Shown: piece after piece, positions 12,601-25,489 of the stretch
How positions within the stretch are numbered: the first letter of the stretch is position 1
Layout: each line of letters begins with the position of its first letter
From: Paramecium tetraurelia
Lineage: Eukaryota
Direction: 5' to 3'
Length of the DNA: 49,623 bases
Assembly (NCBI GenBank): GCA_000165425.1
Contig: CT868341.1
Span: 434,001-483,623 of the forward strand
Program-made: the position numbers and the translations under genes
Notes under the pieces: model-generated
Databases searched by the model: none
Told to the model about the DNA's origin: nothing
Seen by the model: the letters and a program-made list of their open reading frames with translations, nothing else

Positions 12601-14022
12601 ATGAACAAGGATCACCCAGTTTTGATTGATAATCGATATTTACTTGCTACTCTACATTATCAAGGACGTCATTCCAACTTTTACAATGCTGTGGATTCAT
12701 AACAGGAATAAAAATAGATTCTTATATAAATAGTATTATGAAGTTCCTATCATTTTAGATAACTGATTAACTATGTATATGCAAACTATTTAAACGTCTG
12801 GAATAGAGTAATATTGTTATACTAATAAGAATAGTGATTGATAACAGAGATAAATCTAATGATCATTATAACAGAATGTCCAGATACATCCCAATTCCAA
12901 GGATCTATAAGATGGGAACTTTAGTAGTTTAGGACATCACTTACCACTACATTGCGTGGTAGAAGAGTGGACCTTCCTTAAAATTGTGCTTTAAATTGAT
13001 GAAATATAAATTTTCTCTGAAAACTATCATGTTGGTAGCACTTAAAATGGTAATTATACTTTAACAACTAGCATGAAGATTACCAATTTATAGTAAATTC
13101 ATAATTTGAACATTTTGCATAGAAGTCTCAAATTATCCTGTATAATGACCACGAACCATTCAAATCTACTAATCACTAACTTCGATGACTATGTGGAGTT
13201 TCTTAATAAAGAGGGTAAAATCACAAACAAATCAAAATAAATCCATATAAAAACAAATAAATTCAGCAGTATCGGATAACATCTGCAATAAAGTAAATTC
13301 AATTGCATAATAAGTTAGTACCATCTCCAAGAGACGATTTGGAATCTCTTGGCTATCTCTTGTTGTATCTTCTAAGTTAAGGGAAACTACCTAACAAATG
13401 TCAATCAAAGGATTAAAATATAAGAGATAAATTTTATATGGAATTCAAAAGACAATTTCTACCTGAAAAAGAGTTGAAATAATACCCTGAACCATTTTTG
13501 TAATTCTTTTAAACTGTATTCAAATTGGGATTCAAAGAAATTCCCAATTATGAAATACTTAAATAACCCTTCATTCAATATCTAGGAAGATAAGAACAAG
13601 ATTAAAATTTTGATTGGTCTGAAGTATTCAAGCCTCTTGCTGAGTAGACAGCAACTTCAGAACTGTCACTCAGAGACAAAACTGGGTCTTTTGAGTCCTT
13701 GATGATGAACAATAATAAGAAGGAACCTTGCAAAGTCAATACTTCTGCTCCCACCAGTCCAACTACTTAACAAATGATAAATAAGCCAGCTAAGGCTTCA
13801 AGGTTTACTCTAGCACCTATTTTGGAAAAGAATGAATCTCAATTGACAAGCATAAAAAATTGTGATTCCAATGCAGGATCTCCTAGATTTAATCATAATA
13901 TAAAAAATCTAAAATTTGATCATTTTCAAGAGGATTCATCTTCAGGAGAAATTAGTCCAAGCGACGAACCTGCTGTTGATTATATGCCAAATTTTGAATA
14001 CCACCAACATGATACTATGTGA
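12601..14022 (+). CDS. Casein kinase 1-like pseudokinase
   Basis: CK1 hallmarks GPSL..KFSLKTIMLVALKM and SPRDDLESLGYLLLYLL are present, but the catalytic motifs are degenerate (ILIQI, HRSLKLSC, NFD). Four introns, a Ser/Thr-rich tail, TGA 14020-14022. Confidence 0.8.
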
Positions 14023-14103
14023 ATTTGTTTATAAATTATATAATTAATAATATATATAACAACTTAATTTTATTTTCTTTTCATTTACTTTAACAGCACA
14101 AAT

Positions 14104-14832
14104 ATGGATAGCAATAAAAAGGTTTCCTTTAATACTACAATGAGAACCTAAACATTCTATACTACTTCTAATTCGATCTAAGATGATAATAAATTGGTGA
14201 AAGATATTTAAACCAAAATTCATTCTATTTTAAAAGGAGAAAATGCAGAAAGCGATTATTCACATAGATTCAAATGCAAGGTTCCACTATTGTAAACTAC
14301 TGATGGCTAAAAGTTATGCAATAAATTAATCAAATTTAATGAAAACTATAAAATTGCTGAATCAGATAAGGATTAAATCGCAATTAATAGTAAGGTCTTG
14401 AAATCATATAAGTTTAATTCAGTTATATCCAAAAGGAGATTGACAAAAAGTTAATAATAAAAAACTACAATATAAAATACCTCTCATCATTCGGAGGATA
14501 AATACAATAAAATATTTAACACAGAATGGTCAGAGTATCAGAATATATACGATTTACACAACCTCCTCACTCCTAATTCTTTAGATATGGGTCCAGCTTA
14601 TGCTGAAGTGCAATTCATTAAATCTAAAATCAAAAAACGGCACTAAGATACCTTAGTTCTGCCCAAAAGTAATCGTAACGTAATAGAGAATAATAAACCC
14701 AAAAAATTTATTGATTTAGATCAGATTTACCTTGTTTAGCCTAATTAAATATCAACTAGTAGAGTAGTTTTGAAATCTACCAACAACAGAGAATCAAAAA
14801 GTTAAAGAAGACATTAAGCATTCTAAAATTGA
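14104..14832 (+). CDS. Hypothetical protein, 242 aa
   Basis: Intronless code-6 ORF MDSNKKVSFNTTMRTQTFY..RRHQAFQN*. Confidence 0.7.
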
Positions 14833-15002
14833 TATTCATTTAAAATAGTCATTAATTTTATGGATTAAATTCATTTGATTTTTGAATTTTCATTTTAATA
14901 AATAAAAACTCAAAATTGTTAATTGAATAATTTATAATTCCTTAGCCATCATAGATATCTACTCTATTATTAATATGTTAACAATATCTTAAATAATTCA
15001 TT

Positions 15003-17675
15003 TCATTCAGTTGTTTTTTACACTCTATATACTTCATATCTTTTATAGATTTATTTTTTATATTTTTTATTTTCCTGCTTTAATTCTTTAATCCATTGTC
15101 GCTCCAAACTCTCCTTCTTCTTTCCTTTTTCTATAATGGAATTCTCTTCAGTCGCCAATCTAATATCATGCAAGGTGTCTCTCTCTTAATCAGCATTATT
15201 TTTATTTTCAACATCTGATAAATTATCTTCATAAGATGATTAAACAGATTGATAATTAAGCTAACTAACATTCTTCATCAGAGGGACCTTTAAGAATTGT
15301 GTTCCATTAGAATATTTGGATTCTCTCTATTGATACTCAAAATACATCTCTTATTTGCTTTCTGATTTTTTAAGAGGAAGCTTGACATTCGGGGCTCTAT
15401 TGATATTTATTGTATATTATGAGATTCTTTATTCATTGATCGACTGAGCTGGTTGTCTTGCTTAACCTATCTATTCAGTAAGCCCTTTGAATAATTGTAC
15501 AACACTAGGTCTATTTTCAAACTCTACTTCATCCTTTAAAGATTGAAATCCTGAATTAGGCTGAAGAAATGAGGAAACAGACCAATGGTCACGATTATTA
15601 AATTCAACTAACTCCTTTTGAACTTAAAATGGATACTTTAGATCCTAAACAACCTTTAATGAACGTAGATTGACTATGTGTTCTTTTTCCACTTTTAAAA
15701 AATTATTAAGAAATCTTCTGCTCATTTCTAAGAATCCAACCAATAACACAAACAATTCATTCTTGATCCCAAATAGTTTACAAATATCTGGAGACAGTGA
15801 TAACACCCAAGTGCATCTCAATACAAGATTTACCCCAGCAAAAATGTAATAGATTGTTGGACTATTGTACCCTAAATCATTTCTAAGAAACTTATATTTT
15901 GAATCTTTTTCGAAAAATAAAAAATCCTTAGCTAAATCCCAATAATATTGCCAAAATGTACTAATTATAGCTACAAATATCCAAATGACTCTGAATTCAG
16001 TGACATCAGGATTTCTTCTAGCCAAAAATGACCAGACCCCAACTTATGCAGCATTGGCGGTCTTTAAAAAGTTATACCATTCATCTGTTCCAAATAATCT
16101 GCCTTTAACTCTTGCCCTAACGAGATAGTGAGCACATTTAATCAGATAAGGTACTGTAGCTGGAAGGGCACTGGTAAATCTTGTCCTTGGCTCACATTAT
16201 CCTTCATGTTCATAACCTTTGAATATCTAGAATTAAGATATGGTTTTACAATGTAATAGTAATAACAGATTGTATAGTCTAGATCTCTTATGGGAGTAGT
16301 GAAGGATGCGAATTAATCTGCCATGAATGTATATCTCGATTCATAATTAAATAAGAATCCCCAAAACATTCCATATAACATTTAGTACATATATTTCTTT
16401 CCTTCTGGATTAAAGATCTTCTTGAATGGATATAACACATATATCAACAAACACACCCATATTAGGAGAGGGTAGAGTCTCACATCAAACACCTATAGTT
16501 CCTAAGCTAATTTCCCGATATCTTCCTCTTCAATAAATTATGAAAATTAATAAATAAATTGTACTAAAAATAGTCACTCTTTTTAATATCTCAGACAATG
16601 TTGAATAATGATGATTGAATCCCAAATAGAGCTTATAATTAACATTAAAGTAGTTCCATCCTGCTACATCAAGAGATATCATCCAAAAATAAAATATGAA
16701 TAATGCAACTCCTCTGAAACAAGGAAAAACTTTATTAAAAACTTTATCTGAGTTTGGATCCAAATATCCATCATATCTCATTAACAAAAGGACTATAATC
16801 ATTAGAGTAGCAAATCCAGCAAAAAATCCAAAATAAAATATACTCTCATTTGATAATTGGTTCTTTTCTGTATATCTTCTCAAAAACTCTCTACACTTTT
16901 TTGGACTTTAAATTTATAATAATATTTACTTATCATGTTTATAGAAATTTTAAATAATTACTGATTCTGTTTCGTCCTTTATCATTTTTAACCTTTTAGG
17001 CAATTCACGAATCTCATTCTAAAATTCAATAACTTTTTCAAAAATATTCTCATTTACATCCATTATACCTCTTATCTCCTGTTTTTTAAACTTTTTTATT
17101 ATTTTTCTAGTTGCTTCATAATTAATACTTAAGAATGATTATAATTGTTGTACTTCTACATAGAACCTAAACATGCTGTCTTGCAATTCCTCACATTTTC
17201 TTCTATATTATTTAAGCTTGGGCTTATTTTATTTAATTAACTTTAATTAATGTTTTTCTGCTTCAGTCATCGATTTTAAGTTCCATGTTATCGCTAATGT
17301 AGGTTAATTAAACAATTTTGGAAGCGAAATCCATTCTTATTACATGCCTATTATTTATTCTTTTAATTTATCATATTTCTTAATTACATCTATGTATCTG
17401 AACTTGGAGAAAGATATAGTTTTTCTTATCTCATACTCCAAAATCTCAATAAACTTTGCTGAGTCTCTCCTCAATTTATCGATTAGATCACAATCTTACA
17501 AAACATCCTATTTAATATTCAGATATTCATCTCTTTGCTTTTATTGCTTTACTTCTAGTAAAAAGGTCTTCAGTATTGTCATTATAGATAAATATGTTTT
17601 TAACAATTTAAAATTAACATAAAACTTAACCCATTCAGGAATTAATATCCTAAGGAGATATTTTGTAAATTTCAT
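15003..17675 (-). CDS. SPX-EXS protein (XPR1/PHO1/SYG1-family phosphate exporter)
   Basis: N-terminal SPX (MKFTKYL..IPEWVKFYVNFKLLK; INYEATRKIIKKFKK), a transmembrane core (GWNYFNVNYKLY, MADQFAS), EXS motifs (YYWDLAKDF, NLVLRCTW, LEMSRRFLNNFLKVEKEHIVN) and a long hydrophilic tail. TGA 15003-15005. Confidence 0.93.
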
Positions 17676-17697
17676 TTATTTATTTTTATTAATATTA

Positions 17698-18598
<901 letters not shown>

Positions 18599-18602
<4 letters not shown>

Positions 18603-19340
18603 TTTAAGAAATTAATTTATAATAATAATAATTAAGTTATTACTATGTGATTCTTGAAGGTTATATTTGAAAAAATGATGGGAAAATAAACTAATCTTAT
18701 ATCACAAAAATATTTAACATAGTTTTCGTAGTATGATTATTATTTATGTGACATTAATATTTTACTAATCATTTATTTTAGTTGTTTTTCAAAACTACTC
18801 TTATTTGGAACATCTTATTACAATCCTTAATACACATTTATTTATTCACTATGATGATTGACAAGTTATTTTAAAAATGTCTTATTGATTTAAATATGCT
18901 TACAATCAAGGTTCCTGATTAAAATTTAATCTTAATTTCTAGATTGCTGAATGGTTTCAATTTTAAATTAATCTTAATGCTTCTACTATTTTATCTGGTC
19001 TTATTATTCCTTTTAATCTATTGCTTTTGGAATTAACACTCTCAAATTGAGCAATTTCATATTTTCCTATTTTTCAATTAAATTGTCTAATACAATCCAA
19101 CAATTAATTACTTCATTTTAACTAGTTAACTCTTTATTTTTGTTTTCTATTTTGTATTTCCTATCTGTCATCTCTCTGTAAATCTTCAAAGTTTCTCCGA
19201 GTATATTTGTCAATTAGAAATTTTCTATTCCTATTTATTTAGTTTCTTTATATAAGGCTTCCAATTTAAAAGACTATTCATTCAATTAAGATGAGTTCTT
19301 TCTCCTCCTTTGTTATTCCCTGTTATTATTCAGGAATCAT
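18599..19340 (-). pseudogene. Possible frameshifted or decaying hypothetical gene
   Basis: An open code-6 frame of about 245 codons (FLNNNREQQRRRKNSSQLNEQSFKLEALYKETKQIG..) whose only upstream ATG (19340) is one base out of frame. The tail runs into AT-rich DNA and ends on the Nudix ATG. Confidence 0.35.
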
Positions 19341-19371
19341 ATTATTTATTATATAATATTAGAATTTAACG

Positions 19372-19849
19372 ATGAGGAAAGATGGATTAAATATATCAGA
19401 AGTTGCTTCAGATCTCATTCTGGCTTATAAATAATTGACAAGCTAATAGGCTGATATAGTGATATCTCCTAAATATGAGAAAACTGCATTGTATTTTCCT
19501 TAATCACGTAAACTACTTAATTTAAATTTCTCAGCTATTGAAGAACAAATTGAAGAAGAAAATCAACAGGACAGTCCTAGAAAAATTGTTATTGAGAACG
19601 AAGATGATTATTTGAAAGAAATTAGTGAATTAAGAAAGATTGTAGAATAAAGTAAAACTATTGAATAATTAAGTGAGAATGAAGTACATGAACATACCAG
19701 AAAAGTATTCCTCATAGCCATTTCAATCCACTAATCAAAACAATCACAATTATACTTCAATTTCGCCTAAAAAGAATACTAAAAAGCAGATAGTAATTAC
19801 TAAATACTAAACCGACTTTTTAAGACAATAATATGGGAAAATATAATGA
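19372..19849 (+). CDS. Hypothetical protein
   Basis: MRKDGLNISEVASDLILAYKQL.. with an acidic middle. A 22-nt intron near 19652-19673 gives ..MRMKYMNIPEKY..LRQQYGKIQ*. Confidence 0.6.
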
Positions 19850-21748
19850 CTAGGTCTTGTTACTTTTTAATTTTCTTTAATTTTGTTTCTTTTTATCTAA
19901 TTATGTAAATGATTATTATTTTGAGCCATTTCTAAAGATTTTGTTAATTTGTTCTTCTAATTTTAGATTCTTTTTATATCCTATTACTCTTTTGATAGAT
20001 TCATAGACTTAAAATAATGTTTAAAGCATATTTTAATTGTTGTAGATTTAGTAGACTGACCAAGGATTCTAAAAAAGATTTTAGGATAGCCCATTGAATG
20101 GCTTATTAGATAATTGATATAATGAGATAAGTATTTCCTACATCTATAAAAAAATTTATCCAAATTGAAATTATATCAAAAATTAAATTATCCTTATAAA
20201 AAATGCCTTCAAAATAAAAGAATAAAAATTTAGATTATATTATTTTGAATTCTATTACTTATAATCAGTCTTAAGAATATATTTTTAGATTTGAATATTA
20301 TTTTTGTGCATTCGTATGATTTATTTCAATAAAATTCTTGAGTATGGAAGAAGGAGGATTTAGGATTAGAACAATTTATTTTCTTTTAGTATACTTTTAT
20401 GCAATGAAAAATATACATTAATTACTGATAGAAAAAATATGTAAAATTATTTTCATCGAAAAGAACATTTTATTTGATTTTAGTATAAAAATGATTTAAA
20501 TCAATTATTTATTATTTTAACTAATAATTCATGCTATTATGATACTTTGATAATAACCTTTATATTGAATTGATCATGTAGTTAAAGCCGATCAATCTTC
20601 TTGAATAAGTATTTATCCAAACTTCTATGATGGTAAAATTACAATGATACAAATTATGTTAAAAATAAATAGAATAAATTTACTTAAAAAAAGAATAAAT
20701 AATTTTTGAAGAACTAAATTTTTGATTTTAGTATATTGCAGTAAGGACATATTCTTTTATAAAAACATTTTAAGGAGATTATTATTTTTGATTTTAATGC
20801 TATTATTTATTAATTCTCTAGTTTAAGCCAAAAATAATCTTCCCATCTGGAGGGTTTATTTAGTTTGTATGTAGTTTCATTTTAACGCTTATTTAGATAT
20901 TTTTAAATGTTTCAATTAGTTAGTTTGATCTTCTTTTCCAGGATTTCATCAATAATTATTATATAGAAGTTATGTTATTAAGATTGGTCATGGATTTATA
21001 AAATTATACAAGATTAATGACTAAATATAAGGTAATTTATAATGAAAACGGTACACCTTTTTCATTTGTAAGAGTTTATTCGAATATTTTAATATAATAA
21101 CCAAAATTGTTGTCTAAATAAATTAATTATAAAAATGAAAAATCTATAACTAATTGATTGGCTTTCTAAAATTATTAAATTTCAAAGCAATTGATAATTT
21201 TCGTTAAACTCTAAATTTTAAAAGCTTAATTATTTGGTCAGGTCAGTTATAAACTCATATAAATTTCGAATAATTATCCTTTTCGTAAAATATAACGAAT
21301 ATATTAAAGTTCATACTTTAAAATTATTTGATTAAATTATAATTAATATAGAGGTAGTTTCTTAGATTAAGTTGAATTATAATATATGGATTCAAAGACT
21401 AATATTTGATTTAACTTCTTACCCAACTTAAATAACTAAAATTTTAGCCAAATAATTATCTCATTACAAAGAATATTTTTTTAGATTTTAATATAAAATA
21501 TTTCTTAAAAGAATTATATATGGAAATAATTAGAGCGTCAGATTTCTTTGACTGCAAAGTTGTAGAATGAATTCAAATTAGAATATTGTCCTTGTCCAAG
21601 TTGCTCTTGTGTTGAATAAAGAAATTTAAACAGTTTTTTTATGAGATAATATAATTATACAAATAAATTCCGTGTGTATCTATTTTCGATATAATAATTT
21701 CCAATCCTATTTAAGTTGAAATAATTGTCAGATGATTGAATAAATAAA

Positions 21749-22467
21749 ATGTCAATTTAATTATATTTCAATCCAATCTCATAGCCATCAAGAGCCGTAC
21801 ATGCAATATTGGTACTTGGTAAAATCCCCCATGATTTACACGTCATTGATTTGATGAAACAAGAGCAAAACACACCAGAATACAGAAAGATATCCCCAAC
21901 CGGTAACGTGCCTTCAATTGTCGATGGAGACGTTGTCTTGTTTGAATCCCATGCTATATTAAAATATTTAGCTAAGAAATTCAAGCTTGAAAATTTATAT
22001 CCATCTGATATTGTTGAACAAGCCAGACTTGATTAATATCTTGATTGGCATCACACAGGAACCAGAAATGTTACTATAACAGCCAGAGATTTTGTATTCT
22101 TTCCCGTACTCTTTGGAAAGCCAGCTCCAGAAAATAAAGAGGAAAGATTAAAAGAATTAGAATGGTATCTTAAGACCTTTGAAGAGGTCTTCTTGGGAAA
22201 TGGAAAACATCAATACATATTGGGATTTGCCGAGCCAACAATTGCTGATTTGAGGTAAATAATTATATATAATTTTTTAGTGCAATTTGTGAATTGGCAT
22301 CATTATTCTTGCTAAATATTGATCTTGCTCCTCTTCCACACCTTCATAAATACATTAAACATATCCTTTCAATTCCTGAAGTAAAATAGGTCCATGAAGC
22401 TGCTTTTGGATTTACCTAAAAATTCACACAAAACTTAAGATAAGAGTATGTCGATATTATCTAATGA
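21749..22467 (+). CDS. Glutathione S-transferase, theta class
   Basis: LYFNPISQPSRAV (catalytic Ser motif), SPTGNVPSIVDGDVVLFESHAILKYLA, LDQYLDWHH, PTIADL; one intron. Confidence 0.93.
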
Positions 22468-22744
22468 GTTAATAAATACAAAATTTACAAACAATTTCCT
22501 AATTCCATATTCTTTATCATTTTACATTATTGTCAATTTTAACAATAATTCATATTTCTTTTAGTATTAGATATCCTTGAATTCGTCGTTCTAACTCTAG
22601 TAAAAATGATCCGATAGCAATTCTCTATTAAATTTGTTTTAATAATTAATAATACTCTTATTCGTTAATATATTCTTTAATAAATAAAATTGAAAAAAAA
22701 AGAAAGAAATCTGACTATTTTATATGTTAAGGACATTAAAGCTA

Positions 22745-23052
22745 TCATTTATTATCCTACTTCTTGCGTTGTCTTCTTTATTCAACTTGCTTCTTTCTTT
22801 CCTCTTCAATGAGATCTTTTCTTCCAGCATGCCAATTTGGACCCTTTCTCTTTTATTATGGTCCTTAAGCAGAGGTGGCGGCTGATCCAAATCTATTTAA
22901 TATTATCCACAATTATTTTACCTTCTATTAAAGCAGATTCTTTTGTAGGCTCTTCCTTTTGGAATCTTGTGTCTTCTCACTTATTTTTCAATTTTTGGTG
23001 TCTATTTTCTGACCTTACCGGCTTTTGCCAATGTACCATGTAGTTTTCCCAT
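22745..23052 (-). CDS. RPS30: 40S ribosomal protein eS30 (S30)
   Basis: MGKLHGTLAKAGKVRKQTPKIEKQ..PKGRAYKRICFNRRF..KGPN; one 29-nt intron. Confidence 0.95.
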
Positions 23053-23128
23053 GCAAATGTTAAATTAATAAATTAATTATATGTAATTCTTTATTAAATT
23101 TACAAAAATAAATACCCTCCCTCCAATA

Positions 23129-24278
23129 TCATATATATATTAATAAACCCAATTTTGTCAAAGCCTGCACTTGATCATCATTATTAATTTAGTTCCCTTG
23201 CATGTAAATTTATTATAATGAATTATACTTCTAATCTTCATAGATTTCGATTAAATATTTCAAAGATTCATTTGTTAATTTATTGTTCTTCAATTTCAAG
23301 ATTTTGATCGTGTTATTTGTCCACAATGCATCTATGAGATACTAGAATCCTTAATCAGTTATTTCATTTCTCGATAAAACTAGTGCTCTTATATTTGAAA
23401 TTGTTCTTGACAATGCTTCAGAGAATATTTTAATATCATCATCTGTTAAAGTTCTAGCCTTTAAGTTAATTGTTTCAAGATTCTCTGATCTATTCATTGC
23501 TTTAATGATTTTTTTTAATTCATTCATTTTTTCTTAAGACAATGCTGGACGAATTTAGATTTATTTCAATTCCTCAAATATCTTTTTTTAAGGAGATCTT
23601 TATCTATTTGTATCTATTGAATCTTTATTAGAAAATGTAAGAAATTATTCTTTCTATTGTGAATTACTAAGCTGAATATCATTATATACTTCTTCTCTTA
23701 AAATACCATATCTTGGTACAAGCACATCCATCTAAAATTAAAAGTCAATTTGTAATAAACAAAATGGAGATTATTCATATTTCATGTCTATCTGGCTAAA
23801 TAACTCCATTTTTCTGACTTCTAATCTTGTAATGAGATCATTAAATTTATTTTCGATTTTCGATAATATCTCATCTCTTTATTTTTAACTTTCAGAGATG
23901 GTGTTTTATAAAGAGATAGGAGTTAATTAAGAATCTTAAAATTTATTTTTAGAAATTGTAGAGTCGGAAGATGAGTTATTCTTGTATAGACTCAGTTAAG
24001 GGGTTTCAAAAAGATCATTCAATTTTGGTTTTTATTTTAATTAGATCAATTTAAATAAGGTTGTATTGATAGGAAAGCCATCGATCGAATATTCATAAAG
24101 TGTTCTGGAATGGTAAAAATGAACATTACTCATCTGCAGGACATCTGAAATGCCCTTCTTATTATTTTATACACTTCTCACAGACAGTGTGTCCGCATTC
24201 ATTTAACAACCTTGGCAAGTGGATGACTAAATCGAACTCTATAGAGCACAATCTACAATTCAGAAATTGTTCATTCAT
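23129..24278 (-). CDS. RING-finger plus C-terminal leucine-rich-repeat (RNI-like) protein
   Basis: N-terminal CRLC..PRLLNECGHTVCEKC..CPAD RING; C-terminal LRRs (LETINLKARTLTDDD, IRALVLSRNEITDQG, IKILKLKNNKLTNES); one intron. Confidence 0.85.
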
Positions 24279-24469
24279 TTTTCGCTATTAATTGATTATT
24301 ATAATTTCTAAATTAAACTAATTAAGAATATTCCTATTTATACAACTATTACCAATTTTAATCTTTCCTTACAAGTCAAAAGCCAAAGATTTTTTGATAA
24401 TTGCAATTCAAGTTAAATATAAAAATAACAGTAAAAAAAAATTAATATAAATATTCAAAATTAAAAGAA

Positions 24470-25373
24470 ATGAATGATGAAAGGATTTAGTTTTTAGAAT
24501 GGAAGAATGAAAAAGCGATTTTGCAATAGAAAATTTAAATTTAAGAGATGTTTATATAGGAAGCTAAGGAAAGAGAGGAGAACTTAAGAAAAATGAATGA
24601 AATCTTCATTAATACATTGAATCAACAATAAAATGAAAATGTTGTTCAGAAGTTCTAAAAAACTTATGAATAGGTTGAGATAGAAAAAAAGTAGGACATT
24701 ATAAATGCTTAATAAATTTAAATTAAGTTATTCGAGGGTAAATTGGCTGAAAAAGAGCATCAAATTAATTAAATTTAAAAAAGCTATGAAAAAGAAATTG
24801 AGAAACTACAAAAAAGAATTGTAGAATTAGAGTATTTATCTTGCAATAAAGAAAACATTAATTATTAAAACATAATTGAATATTAAGTAAATCAATAATA
24901 TGATGATGAAAAAGCACTTCAATAGCGAAAAAGAAATTAGAGCCCATCTCACCCAACAACCAGGATTAGGGTGAGTCAACAATAACAATAACTACAATAA
25001 ATTTCGAACAATAAATTTGATGAATCTACCTGCACAAATCAAGATTCAACTGATATTTCAGGATTCTTAAATAGAATTAATCCTAACCTATAAAGACAAA
25101 TGAAAGATATCTAAAATAAACTTTATAACACAAAAAAGAAGTTAACCACAACTACAGAACAAGAGACTTCATTTATACGTTAGTCAATTCAAAAAATAAA
25201 AAATGTATTTTATACAAATTAATGTTTAGCGATCTAGGAATCATTCTATTTCTATAAACGAGAATCCATATTGTGAATAGAGATCAACATGGGATGATTA
25301 AGTTGAATATAGAACCAATCAAACAAATTAGACAAACTAATCTTTGATGTGTAATGGATTTAGATTTTCTTGA
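24470..25373 (+). CDS. Hypothetical coiled-coil protein
   Basis: MNDERIQFLEWKNEKAILQQKIQIQEMFIQEAKEREENLRKMN..; one 25-nt intron; TGA 25371-25373. Confidence 0.75.
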
Positions 25374-25489
25374 ATAAAACTATATAATTAATATGATATC
25401 AATAAAAATTTGAAAAGTTCTTAGATTTAATAGGATCACTTCATTACTTTAGAATTTATTAAATTGTTATATAATTTATAATAATAATA

